Shown here piece after piece: positions 39,721-51,897 of a stretch of 64,000 nt of DNA. The position numbers and the translations under genes are program-made. Numbering within the stretch: position 1 is the first letter of the stretch; the number at the start of each line of letters is the position of its first letter. The notes beneath the pieces are model-generated. The model did not search any database, had not been told where the DNA came from, and saw nothing but the letters and a program-made list of their open reading frames with translations. The stretch is from Rhina ancylostomus. Lineage: Eukaryota. The DNA is taken from positions 60,414,355 through 60,478,354 of the forward strand of contig JARFYF010000063.1 in assembly GCA_030265395.1 (NCBI GenBank), in the 5' to 3' direction.

Positions 39721-41439
39721 AATTCTTCATCCATTTGGTGGTATCTCATAAGTTTCTCCAAAAGTTCAGTCTTCAGGGATATATAATGGATGCGTATGAA
39801 AATCAGTCCTCTTAATATTTAGCTAAAAATTGATGTGAGAACAAATGGTTTTTCACTAAAACTGTCGAGAATAATTTTCACATTATGAACAAATGTTGAT
39901 TTGGCTATTGCTTGTGATATGTACTCTTGCTTGTGAACAATGACTGATACTTGAAGGCTGTCAACCTTTTAAGTAGTTTGTCATAAGATGAGCTCTTTGT
40001 TGGGTTGCAACAAAGTTTTATAGGAAGTTCCAATATGTGAAGAGCCCTTGAATAAATTGCACACATATTGTCTGAGCTTCTCGTGTCTTTTGTATAGGAC
40101 TGTGAAGTCTGTAATGGACTTTGTTAGAAGTTATGGACCCACTGAGCACACATACATTGCACTGGCAAGTAGCATAGCAAAAAAACACAGCCATTAATAG
40201 TGAAGGTTGTTGAGGATGTGAAGTGATCCCAATATAACTGCAAAGATAGGGTGAGTCTGTGAAGTTCTTGATTAACCTCAGCAAGCCTGAGGTGCAGACC
40301 TCAGCAAAATTGACATAACTGCATCAAGAAACTCTGCAGTTATGATAAAGCACAGGAAACCTTCAATTTATACATTAAAAAGGTGGAAACGTCTCTGATG
40401 AATAAAATGATCACAACAGATAGTGAGAATTAAGATGTCTGGAATGAGGCCACACACACGTACAAGAAGTTGATCTGGTTTGTTGAAATCAACATCCCAT
40501 TAAATGAAGTAACAGAAAAGTTAAAAAATCAACATAACCCAGTATCATCAAAGATTTTGGAAAGTTAAAGATCTGGAACCTATAACCAGAGGTCTGGAGA
40601 GATAATTAGCAACTATATAGTTACTCTGAAAGATTTGATATGGCATTGAAACTTCAGTGCATTTCTGAATCATGTGATAGGATGAATGGATTAATGGATA
40701 AAGATATCCAGCCCAGAGATTAACATCTGAAAGATCATGCAATGTAGCTATATCTAAGGAAATTGACTTCATAGATGGGAAGGAATTTTTCACATTAAAA
40801 AATGTGGAGTAAACACAGCAATGGTCCAATTCCAGGACCAATTACAGAAGCTCTGACATTGTGTCCAGGTCAAAGGAATATAATTGATGCAAAAAGCAGA
40901 ACCTTTGGGAATCTCTGCTACTGTTGCAATGGGAATCATTCAGCAGGACCAGCTGTTTCAATTGTAGAAAATGATGATCAATAATCAGGAGAATAGCAAA
41001 AAAAAACTGCAAGATCAATGATATTTCTTAGTGCGTACTTTTGTTCAAGAGGAGTTAATATATAATGCTGGTGATCAGAGTCAAGGTGAGACCATACTGT
41101 TCAGTACAGAATGGATGACACTCCAATAATTTCTGCCCGGTGTAAATATGACAGAGTGTGGGAACAGTTGATTCAGTTAAATTTGTAAAATCTGTAAAGA
41201 TGTCCTATCCATGTGATGCTTATTCAAAAAATGGGGAAGCAGTGTTGTGTGTCATATTATTTCATTTTCATTACAATATGGAAAGAGGTAATTTACCCCC
41301 AAAGAGTATATAACCGCTCTCAGAGCCTTTCCATTAGTCCTATTCCCTCACCTATTCTCTCTCAAATGCCCATCAATTCTCGGCTATTCTCAGAATCTCA
41401 TTGTTCTTTTGGGAAGACTTCTCAATGTGTGTGCCACAT

Positions 41440-42730
41440 TGTTACATGTCATTCACTGACTGCCACTAGGAAATTCATTACTAGGGCATTCTTCAAAAAC
41501 CTCCTCCCAGTGGCTGAAGAGCTGCTCGCCAAATCACAGTGTGGATTCTGTATATTCAGAGGCAGAATGAATATGATCTTTGCCATGCAACAACTCCAAG
41601 AAAAATGTTAGGAGCAACATTAAAGACAACAGCTTGGCCTTTACTGACCTCATTCAAGCCTTTGATTCCTTCAGTTGAAAGGCACTATGGAGCATCCTTC
41701 TCAAACTTGGCAGCCTGCAGAAATTCATCTTCATCTTATGTCTGCTACATCTTAACCAATGGATCCACAGCTGACCGAATCTCAGAGCAGGCTAGTGTCA
41801 TCACATTAAGATCTTTCTCAGTTTTTCTTGTTGCAGTGATGACTCTAACCTCTAACAAGTTTCCCACTAGAGAAATGTGTACCTGCAGGACAAATGTGAG
41901 TTGCAGTATGCAGATGATGCTTGCATCTGTGAACATTTGGAGGCTGAGCTCCAAGTCACCATCAAATTGTTCAATTAAGCATGTGAGAAAACACTTAAAA
42001 TCTGCAAAACAAAGGCCCTCTACCATTCTGCCCCACTGTACAACACTGTAATCAACAAAAAAGGTCCATGGCAAGACCTTGGAAAATATGGAAAATTCAA
42101 GGCAGATATTGATGATAACATTTCCCATCTTCTTCAGCGTGCCAGTACATTCTTTCACAGTCTGAGAAAATGAGATAAAGATGACAAACCATGTGCAAAT
42201 TCATAACTTAATAGGCAGTGGAGTTCCCATCCTCCTGCATGGTTCTCGGTCGTGGATTAACCACAGAAGGCACTGCAGATATACCACCAACTCTTTCTCC
42301 ACATAACTTAAGCAAACCAATGTAGGTGTTTTCTTCCAGGCCAATATCATTGAGGCCCAATGGCACTCATTCATTTCTACTGGGTGGATCACATTGTTCA
42401 CATGCCTGACACTGAGTTCCCAAAAAAAGACACACTGTTCCAAGCTCTGTCATGGGAAGAGAAGAAACAATTCCAGGATGTTTTCAAATTCCCACTGATG
42501 CAAAAATCCATGATACTCAAAATGCAAGAGGAACATTTGGAATGGCAGTGAACCTCAAGTCCATTTACCCACAGTACACAGAAGCTGAGTGCAGGTAGGA
42601 AAGGAGGGCACCATCTTCCAAACCACACCCTGCCACACCATCAAGTGCTTCCTACCCCATCTGTGAGAGAGTCTATGGGTCCCACATTGGCTACATCAGC
42701 CAGCTCAGAACCTATGGATCCGGAGTGAGA
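41440..42730 (+). mobile_element. RTE (BovB-like) LINE, RT to 3' end, decayed
   Basis: LLPVAEELLAKSQCGF..RG..NMIFAMQQLQEKC*EQ...AFTDLIQAFD; 'ttgcagtatgcagatgatgct' (LQYADDA) at 41901; C-terminal P.C.RV.GSHIG.IS-type motif at about 42655-42710. Confidence 0.9.
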
Positions 42731-42809
42731 CCAAGATTGTCTAGGTGACAATAACATTTGATGCCAGCTGTTAAAGAGAGAAAAAAAACAAATGAACATG
42801 TTGGAGCTG

Positions 42810-43395
42810 TGTGAGCATTGAAATCTGAAACAAAGGGAAAGCTGGAAATACCCAACAGGTCAGGTAGATTATGGGAAGAGAAAAACTGAATTAATGTAAC
42901 AGGCGGAGGACCTTTCATCAGAAATAGCCAGTCCTGAAAGCAACTGGAAAAGCTGCTTAACTGAAATTGTTAAATTCAATATCATGCTGTGAATCCTACT
43001 ATGTATCTAAATGTGAAGATAAGGCACAGTTCCTCAAGATTACATTGCGCATGGCTAGATCAGTACAGGAGGTCAAAGACAGAGAGACTAGAAGTGGAAC
43101 ACAGAAATAAAGTGATAGGTAACTGGAAGATCAGGGTCAGTCCCACAGATTAAATGGATGTACTCTGCAATTTAGCTGTCTGGGTATCCTTCTTCTCTGC
43201 CCTGTCATAGCCATTCTCTTTTATCTTTCTGTCCCTCGCCCTCTTGACAAATGTAAGGAAAAACTTGTTTTTCTAATTTTTCCATTTCTGATGAAGAGTC
43301 CTTGATCTTGAAACTTTGATGCTGCTTCTCTCTCCAGAGGTGCTGCCTGACCTGCTGAATTACTGGCAAATTCTTTTTTTTTGCAGATTTACATT
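42810..43395. mobile_element. Penelope-like element remnant with inverted terminal repeats flanking an endonuclease C-terminal fragment
   Basis: Minus CTGATGA at 42915-42921 with tail to 42810; minus endonuclease fragment (DPDLPVTYHF) at about 42960-43170; plus CTGATGA (43288-43294)-agagtccttgatctt-GAAA (43310-43313) with tail to about 43395. Confidence 0.8.
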
Positions 43396-44009
43396 GAATA
43401 TAGTTTTTGCTCCAGTTTCTATCCCTTGACCTTTTGGGTAACCTGTGATCCTTGAAGGAAGCTAAAGTCTTAGTGGCAGCATTGGTGGGACTCATTGGAA
43501 AAGGNNNNNNNNNNNNNNNNNNNNNNNNNNNNNNNNNNNNNNNNNNNNNNNNNNNNNNNNNNNNNNNNNNNNNNNNNNNNNNNNNNNNNNNNNNNNNNNN
43601 NNNNAAATGCATTTCCTTACTTTTACAGCTGCAGTACAGTTCATAAAACACTTACTATAAACTTTGTTAATGCTCTTCCTTGCACACAGAGTATCACTGC
43701 TGAAGACAAATGCTCAAAGCACCAGCAAGCATAAAGAAAGATGCTGAACTCAGAACCTCAGTGGAAAAATAATGAATACAACAACATTCAGTTCAAAGGG
43801 CGAAAAATACACCAGCTGAATATTTACACAAGATGACAGAAAGAAAGATCTTCAATCGATAACGCAGATTACAAGCATTTAAATTTGGCACAATGCAATG
43901 TGTAGCTTGATGAATCAGTAAGTTTTTTTTAAATATAAGTATCCTCAGCAATCAAGTGTTTACACAAAAGGAATTGCTCAAAAAGATTGGCCATAATGAC
44001 TTCAATTAA

Positions 44010-44185
44010 AATAAAATGAAAATACTAGAAGTAATCAGATTAGGCAGAATTTATAGAGAGAAAGAATTAACATTTTATTTTGCCGTCAACTTGTTTCTTT
44101 CTTCAGAGATGCAAATTGACCTGCTGAGCTTTGTTGTCATTTTTTTTGCTTTTATTTCAGATTTCTTGCGTCCATTGTATTGTTG
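44010..44185. mobile_element. Inverted pair of Penelope-like tails
   Basis: Minus tail 'gaaaatactagaagtaatcagattaggcagaatttatagagagaaa' then plus tail 'tttcttttcttcagagatgcaaattgacctgctgagc...tttatttcagattt'. Confidence 0.6.
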
Positions 44186-44813
44186 TGTAGTGTTGAGTCT
44201 ATATTAAGCACCAAAAAGAACCATTATTGCACTTTCTGCAACTGCAGAACAGTTGATTTTATTTGAAAACTTTTTTTTAATCATTCAACTAATAGTCACC
44301 ACCAACAAGTTGCCAAGAGGGTTGGAACATCAGCTTGGAAATATGTTTACCTTTTCACATTTGCTTTGGTGAGAAGAATCTGAAAATTAATAATGTACAA
44401 AATATCAATTGAAAAAAACACAAACTTCTCCAATAAAAAATGCAAAAAAACCTGATAACTTGATAATTGGCATCTAAGAGCAAGGGTAGATGGGGAGGGC
44501 CCAATGGCTCGTTGGCAGTAGCTGTGCCTTGCTCTGAGCCAGCAGTGGTGGCTCTGTCGGCCATATCACTGCTGCATTGTGTGGCCTCTAAAGGATGGGG
44601 CTAGAATGCTGCCTACACAGCCTGATGTTTCATTTAACTCCCCAGGATCACTCCATCCTCCAGCCTCAGCCTCCTAACTGCACTCTCACTTTGGACTGGC
44701 CCCTATCTTTGTCACTGTAGATCAAGAGAGATAAGACTAGCCAATAAATCTGGAAGAGGGTATGACTGACTTCTTATCCACATCATCTAAAACTTAAACA
44801 TTGGAGTAAAGCA

Positions 44814-45063
44814 CAGGTGACCTCCCCCCCACTACCACATTATGAAGAGGTTGCATTCCGAGAAAACAGTCCATATCGTGATTTTCCAGAATGCTTCAAA
44901 AAGCACGAGTAGAGAAAAAAATAATTTTGTGTTTACTTTTATTCCCATCTAAATTCTGTGAGAGCGAATTTTATTCTGTATCTCAGATCTTTGGGTGGTG
45001 ATTTGTGAATTCTGTAGGAGCAAATTTCCATTACCTGAATAGCCGTAACAAGGGGGTCACCTG
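44814..45063. mobile_element. 250-bp Tc1/mariner (Tigger/pogo-type) MITE
   Basis: Terminal inverted repeats CAGGTGACCtcc (44814) and gggGGTCACCTG (45063); TA on the right flank, CA on the left. Confidence 0.75.
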
Positions 45064-45169
45064 TAACTGGATAATCTAAGGTGAAGAAAATTCAAAAATT
45101 GAAGGAATGATGTAAAGTTACGTAGTCAATCGGTTGGTGTGGAAATGGGAAAGGAGTTGAAATGTCTTC

Positions 45170-46310
45170 TAGTTTGCGTTTGGCCTTGGTAGACTACACA
45201 AGTGCACCTGCACTCAGTCTGCAATGGCCATCCTGAGTTTCTGTTTACAATGTAATTTCAACTCCCTTTCCCACTACCAGACCAACCTATGTGTCCTCTG
45301 CCTTCTCCACTGCCACCATGAGGCCAAATGCAAACCAGAAGAACCACTGGGGTCATCTAGGGTATGAACATTGAATTTTCCATTTTCAGGTAACCCACTA
45401 CCCGTGTTCCTTTCCCATTCCCAATACTCCACCCAGAGTCTCTCTCTCTTTTGATCACCTTTTACATCGCACCCCGCCTAGTTACCGGGACATCCTCCTC
45501 CCTGTCTGGTTCCATCTGCCCATCACCCACATACCTATCTACCTGGGTTTCTTCTGCATTGGTTCACCTTTCCTATGCCCTCTCCCACCTGGCAGGCACA
45601 GTAGTGCAGTGGTTAGTGTAACACTATTACAGCGCCAGTGACTTGGATTTAATTCCAGCAGCTGTCTGTAAGGAGTTTGTACGTTCTCCCCATGGCTGCA
45701 TGGGTTTCCTCCGGGTGCTCCAGTTTCCTCCCACATTTTAAAGATGTACAGGTTAGGAAGTTGGGGTCATGCCATGTTGGTGCTGGAAGCATGGTGACAC
45801 TCGGGGGCTGTCCCCAGAACACTCTACACAAAGATGCATTTCACTATGTATTTTGATGTACATGTGACTAATAAAGAAATCTATCTCTCTATCTTAAAAT
45901 GTTCTTTTTCTTTTCCTATGTTTCCACCTATCACCCCTACCAGCCAGTCTCAACACTCATGCTGTTCCTCCTCCCCCACCAGGCTTCATNNNNNNNNNNN
46001 NNNNNNNNNNNNNNNNNNNNNNNNNNNNNNNNNNNNNNNNNNNNNNNNNNNNNNNNNNNNNNNNNNNNNNNNNNNNNNNNNNNNNNNNNTGGCTTCATCT
46101 TCACCTGATTCACCCTGCCCCACCCCACACCTCATCTGGTTCCACTTATCACCTACCAACCTCTGTCTACCCCCACCCTCTCATTTCTATGCACTGGCTA
46201 TCTGCCCTCTAATCTCTCAGTCCTGATACAAACTCTTGACCCAAAACATCAACCATCTCTTGGCCTATGATGCTGCTTGACCAGTGGAGTTCTTCCAGCA
46301 GTTTATTTTT
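45170..46310 (+). mobile_element. Penelope-like element 3' part (endonuclease C-terminus, C-rich UTR, degenerate hammerhead, tail), interrupted by a SINE and a gap
   Basis: HLHSVCNGHPEF..NFNSLSHYQTNLCVLCLLHCHHEAKCKPEE..GMNIEFSIFR*; 'cagtcCTGATAC...gacccAAAAcatcaac' at 46218-46253; tail 'gatgctgcttgaccagtggagttcttccagca'. Confidence 0.8.
45591..45895 (+). mobile_element. V-SINE, full length (tRNA head, V-domain, Rex1/Babar-like tail)
   Basis: Head 'ggcacagtagtgcagtggttag' with a B-box-like 'ggatttaattcc'; V-domain 'gtttgtacgttctccccatggctgcatgggtttcctccgggtgctccagtttcctcccaca'; tail 'tttcactatgtattttgatgtacatgtgactaataaagaaatctatct'. Confidence 0.9.
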
Positions 46311-47729
46311 AGATAAATAAAGATTAGTTTCCTCCCATGCAGGTACTTCATCTGTGGTCCCTTTGGACCCAACCCGTGGTAAAGCAAAGGCCGAAGGTGA
46401 CAGCTATTGCGGTGGTACTATCCTGCAAGTTCCAGTCACAAATGATTCAGTCAATTGACTGGCAGTTTCAGTGTTGTTGGGGGCCTTCCCAAACAGGTGT
46501 AGAGTATTCTGCCATGCAAGCGACAGGTTTTTGAGCAGTTGAAGGAGTTACTACATCATTTTGAAGTACATTTGGAATAAGGGGCTCTGCTTAAGCAATA
46601 CAAAAGGATGAGAGAAATGAAACTAAGCCACAAACCCGTTTACACTTGTCTTACTGAAGATATTTCTTCCAGACTGCAGAAAATGATAATTTAGCACAAT
46701 TGTTTGGAAAACTGTTAGAAAAATGAGAAGGGTAACTGCAAGATTACCTGAGAAAGGGGAGGCAGGAAAATGGTAAAAAAGCTTTGAAAGAGTCCTGAAT
46801 AATATTTCTTGGTTAAAGAGCATTTTCCATGGTATTTCAGAAGTAGAAGAAGAAATCACACTCTGCAACAATAGTGTGCAGGAGAACTAAGTTGATGGTA
46901 TAGTCAATCAGTTGGATTTGCCAGGTGCCACTGAAACCCAGCTACAGAAGAAAGGTGGTAAATTCATCAGAACTTGGTGAACAGATGAGAAAGCAAAGCC
47001 CATCATTAAGCAACTGCATATTTCAATGGACTGTGATGAGCTTTTTCTTTTGATTCTTGTATATTTTAATCAATTCACATTAGGTTCACTCCTTGTGTTG
47101 CCCATCTAACTTTTCCTTGTTTGTTTGTTTCACTTCTATTCAAAGGCTTTTGCTTACTGCTTGTTGAAAGTAATGTTTCTTCTCCTTCAACTGCAGATAT
47201 GGTGCATTATTAAATAACCAACCAATTAACTTGCAGGTGACAGACTTGTGCACATTGGTACCATATCATCATGCAAACTGATTGAGAGGTGGCAAGGGCA
47301 ATTTCTTCACTAAACCACAATTTGGAATTTGCTAGCTCATTGTTATTTCAGGCTTCTCTACCAATCTGGCTAGTAGCTTGCTGAAAGATGGAAAAATAGA
47401 TTGAAGGTTTCATGTGAAGATCCTGTGCACTTGTGGGGACTATCTAAAATTTTCTACATCTTACCATGAAGAGATTTCATTTCCTCATGGGAAGATTACT
47501 GGGGAGCAGTAGCTTGAAAGAATAGTTCAAAATTACACTTGGTCATTCCTGTTCCTAATGACAATGCCTTTCAGCTACAGACAGAAAGGGCCAATCAGAA
47601 GAAAAGCATCAAAATTGTTCCATTAACCGTTTGCGTTTACCCAAGGCTTATCAATGTCAGAGAAGATAACATCTCTAAGTGTATATATAGTTCAAAAACA
47701 CTTTTGAAAATGGTATCATTTTTTATTAT

Positions 47730-47990
47730 TCCCTTCTGAGATATGGATATAATTGACAATGGCCATCTCGAGAAAGTGATTGTGAACTGCTGCCTTAAAC
47801 TATTGGTGGTGAAAGTACTCCAACAGTGCTCGATTCGGAATTCCAAGATTTTGACCATTCTATGATGAAAATATAGTACTGTACTTCCAAGTTGGTGGTC
47901 GATGTTGAATTGAAGCTTACAGGTGAGGGCATTCCTATCTGCCTGTTACTCTTTTCTTCTTAGTGGTACAGTCCATGGTCTGAAATGCTC
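47730..47990 (-). mobile_element. Family-B LINE 3' end
   Basis: 'gtgattgtgaactgctgcctt...ggtgaaagtactccaacagtgct...ttccaagattttgacc' is the reverse complement of the pattern at 15990-16130 and 55800-55900. Confidence 0.65.
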
Positions 47991-48784
47991 TCATTTAGAG
48001 CAAACTTCATGGAGCTTTGATTTCTATTTTATTTTACAAAGCCTGGAAGTGATTTTCCTGTTTGGAAAAAGAGTTTCGAGGAACTTCCTATATTAAAACT
48101 AACTGACTGGATAACAGGAAAGGGAAGGTTAACATCCTGAATAAAGGCTGGTAGTGCTGTGAGTTACAATGATGGCTGGAAATGATGTCACTTATAAGTT
48201 TGAGAATGTGTTATATTTAGTATAATAGAAATGTTTTGTTGAGCAGAATACATTGTTGATTACTCCAGGAGATGACTGATTTAGATACAAGCTATCTTTG
48301 GCCTTTTGTGGGGAGCAGTGGGAAGAAAATTTTTACTCTCCTCAGCAATTATCATGCAGTCATTTCTATCTTAAATATATTTAATATCTTAATTCCTTGC
48401 TGCACAGAAAACTAGTCATATCCTGCAGACATGAAACCCACATTAGTATATCTGCATGCCTGAGGAGCAATGTGTTTTAAAAATGGGGATTCAGTACTGG
48501 TGGGAAATGATCCTCATTCAGCTACGGTGTAGCATTTCCTTAATCAACAAAATACATGTCTGCACCTTTGCATTTATGACTGCTAGTCATCTAAGCATGA
48601 AAACCAGTTGTATTAAGTACATGAAATTTACAATACAATTTTTAATGGAAGTGATTGGACACAAGCAGCTTTTGTGTTTACAACAGGGAATCCTTGCTAG
48701 CAAAGACATTTAGTGTTCCTACATTTAATAATCAGAGGCAGTTTTCTGCTTTGGAGAGGGTTTCTGCTTTAGCAATATTTTGTG

Positions 48785-48995
48785 CTAATAAAAATAAAGC
48801 ATGTTGTAAATACTCAGATGTTTTTTTTAAACGAGAGAAAAACATAATTAACATTTCAAGTTGATTTCTTTTCATCAGAATCTCATTGAAGGTCACCGAA
48901 GAGAAATATTAACTCTTTCTTGACAGATGCTGCTGAACCTGCTGTTTATGCACAGCGCTCTTTTTATTTCAGATTTTCAGCACGTGTCTTTTTTT
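48785..48995. mobile_element. Inverted pair of Penelope-like terminal repeats; the minus copy retains both hammerhead core boxes
   Basis: Minus: gatt-CTGATGA (48872-48878)-aaagaaatcaactt-GAAA (48854-48857)-tgtt-aatt; plus copy 'gaaggtcaccgaagaGAAAtattaact...acagatgctgctgaacctgctg...ttatttcagattttcagca'. Confidence 0.75.
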
Positions 48996-49086
48996 GAAAA
49001 ACATAGTCTTATTTAAGAGCTGACTGCACAACTTCATGGTTTATGATATTACACTTGGAGGCTGTAATACCTGATGTACTGATTTG

Positions 49087-49108
49087 TATGTATATATATA
49101 TATATATG
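49087..49108. repeat. (TA)n microsatellite
   Basis: tatgtatatatatatatatatg seen directly. Confidence 0.9.
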
Positions 49109-51209
49109 CAAATTAATACAGTTTTATGTTTTCAATTCACAGTTCTTGGGGTGAAAGATTAACTTCTACATGCATTGACAACAAGGCTAATGAATTGTGC
49201 AGCACAGAGTAGTACTGGAACTTCAGGTTTAATGCATCTTCAGAGCTTTGAGGAATAGCTAAGTCATAACTTAATGGGGATCTTCCTGATCCCTCTTTTA
49301 AATATAGCTGATCATGCCAGAGGGGATGAAAGAGAAACCCACAGCCCCATCTAGCTATCCTAATTGGAACTGTATGATTGTGTATCAGGTGTTGTGGTTT
49401 GCTGTCAATTAAGTTACTGAAGTCACTTTGATGTAAAATGAAAAGTGGCAACTTGGCCAAAGCATCAAATGGTTCCTGCAGAATTATACCCAGGGAAAAG
49501 AATTTGAGATTCCTGGCACAGGAGAAGAAAGAAAGTTCTTCCTTTGTTCTCATAGCAGACTTATTCTTGCAGGCAGTAAGGGCATCATCTTCCAATGGCT
49601 CACTTCTACAACTGCTACTTATATTGGGAGATGAGCAGCAAGCGTCCAAGTCCATTTGCCACTTCTACAGTCAACCTTGTGTTGATCTGGCAAGACCTCT
49701 GAAGCTTAGCATGAGCAGTATTTCCCAACCACAGCATTGGCTGATATCCCTCTGCTGCTGCTGGTGGGGCAGGTATGGTGAGGCCCCAAGAATGGATGAA
49801 GTGACCGGCTCAATAGGAGTCCGTGTCAGATCAGTGTCTTAATCAGTGTGACAGAGAAAAGGGATGAGAGGTTGCATGGCATAATTAGACCTGGGAGTTT
49901 CTGTGTGGTAAAGGCCTCTGCCTCTTTGAGACAGAACCAAGGAGGCAAAAGAATGCAATGCTTTGTTTAAAATCCAGGAATGGAACAGGCATGTATGTCT
50001 CTGGGAAACACCTTTTTAAACCTAATGAAAAGCAATATGGAGCTGTGTCTGCTATTTTTAAGATGGAACATAAGTTGAACTTCTGTGACCAAAGGAGACA
50101 AAAATCAGTGTTACTTATATCAATGACAGAATTTGTCATGGTTTGATTATTCTTCTCGAGGTGATTTTTGAAATGCCTTCTAGTTCAGGTAATTGTAGAA
50201 TTAATAATTGTAGCTGAAAGGGGTACACTTTTTGATCAAATAGTGATACCAACTTAAATAATTTTCAGTGAATCAGGAGATGATTGGATGATTTAAGATA
50301 GTATGATCCTTTTAGCACTACCCATTTAAAGCAGCACACAAGTTTAGGATCAGATTTTCCAGGATCTTATTGTTTTTTCCCCCTTTTATTTCATAAAATA
50401 CAAATAATAAAAATGAACTTTTCATGTCTAGATTCAGGGTTTTTAAAGTTTTATGTGAACCACCACCACCGTTCTGTATTGCTACCCCAGCCCCACACAA
50501 CTCTATGATAGACCCTCTGTTTTACTGACAGACTTGAAGCAGGATGGATTACTAATTGGTGTTAAACATCTTTACTTTTAGTATGTGAGACATAAAAATA
50601 CACTTTTGTTGCATACACACATTGTGACAAAACCCCATTAACCTAGCAATTTCAAAAATTATTTCACTTTTGAGTTTACTTTATCCCAGTCTGCGCCACT
50701 AATTTATCTTTACATCTGCAGCTTACCTGCCAAGTCAGTTTCTCCCTCCCCACCACTGCCCCACCAAAAAATAAAGAATACAGGAAATAAATTTAATTAA
50801 AATTATTTGCCTACATTTTCCAAATATTTCTGCTCCTAAAGATTACGATTAACTTTGTGCATACCATTCACCAGCTGACAATGTGAAGCAACCTGCAAAG
50901 AACTTTGACAACTACATTGTGAGACATTCACCAGCTATTCAGGAAAACTGAACAGAGTAGCTTTGTTGGCACTTGCTTGAAGGTCTACTTAGAACTTAAA
51001 ATCCAACGTCAAAATCACCTTGCACATCAAATAATGGACAAAATTAATGTCTTGCACTTGTGCAGCAGAAAATCCCTGAGCATCAAGTCACCGAATCAAT
51101 GCTGCAGCTCCATTCTCAATTTAAACCCCAGTTGATTTGTGTTAAGCTTTGTAGAATCAGCTGAAATTATTATTCAAGAAATAAACCATAACAGAAAAAC
51201 AACTTCTTA

Positions 51210-51635
51210 ATTTCTTGGCATTGAGGATAACTTATTTCCACTCCAATTTTATGGGTTTGGAAGTGACTGAAGAGCCAATGTAGAACCAAGAGACTTGAAG
51301 GAGGGAAGGAGGTGCTTGACAGGATTAATGAGTGGCAGGAATCACTTCCTGTCTGCTCAGATCAGAGTGTCCATTTCAGGAATCTGGTGTAGGGCAGAGA
51401 AATATCATGTCCTGCCCAGTGGAGCACAGTGAGTGTAATTTGGGCCTCCTTGATGGAACGGTACTTAAAGTGACTCTGTATGCAGTCCTCATCTCAGAAG
51501 TGTACAATAGGACGGGGACCACTGCTACCCAGCAGATGGGTTCGAGGTCTTATTTTTCAAACATTTTTCTACAAACAGCCAAAGCTTATGCTGGTGCACC
51601 AAAGGCGATGGTGAATTTCACCAAAGATCTGGGAA
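51210..51635 (-). mobile_element. RTE LINE 3' fragment
   Basis: Minus strand reads EIHHRLWCTSISFG...DLEP...AVVPVLLYTSE; RTE-like terminus 'ggagtggaaataagttatcctcaatgccaagaa'. Confidence 0.7.
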
Positions 51636-51659
51636 GTGGTCTTGTGATTAACTTATTAA

Positions 51660-51897
51660 GGGTGGCACAGTAACATAGTGGTTAGCATGACGCTATTACT
51701 GCGCCAATGATTGGGGTTCAATTCCCGCTGTCTGCAAAGAGTTTGTATGTTCTCCTTGTGTCTGCGTGGGTTTCCTCTGGGTGCTTTGGTTTTCTCCCAC
51801 ATTCCAAAGGTGTACGGGTAGGTTAACATGGGTTTAAATGGGCAGTGCAGACATGTTGGCACTGGAAGGGCCTTACTATGCTGTGTAAATAAAGTTT
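51660..51897 (+). mobile_element. V-SINE, full length, CR1-like tail
   Basis: Head 'ggtggcacagtaacatagtggttagc' with B box 'ggttcaattcc'; V-domain 'gtttgtatgttctccttgtgtctgcgtgggtttcctctgggtgc'; tail 'ttggcactggaagggccttactatgctgtgtaaataaa'. Confidence 0.9.

Noticed and set aside
41213-42158. Cluster of 132-170 aa ORFs
   Set aside because: Frameshifted pieces or off-frame reads of the decayed RTE LINE, not a host gene
45591-45665. tRNA-like sequence (also 51660-51730)
   Set aside because: SINE heads followed by a V-domain, with no complete cloverleaf; not tRNA genes
49137-49842. Overlapping 172-aa (-) and 134-aa (+) ORFs
   Set aside because: No recognisable domain, non-ATG start for the longer one, no convincing splice signals; consistent with chance
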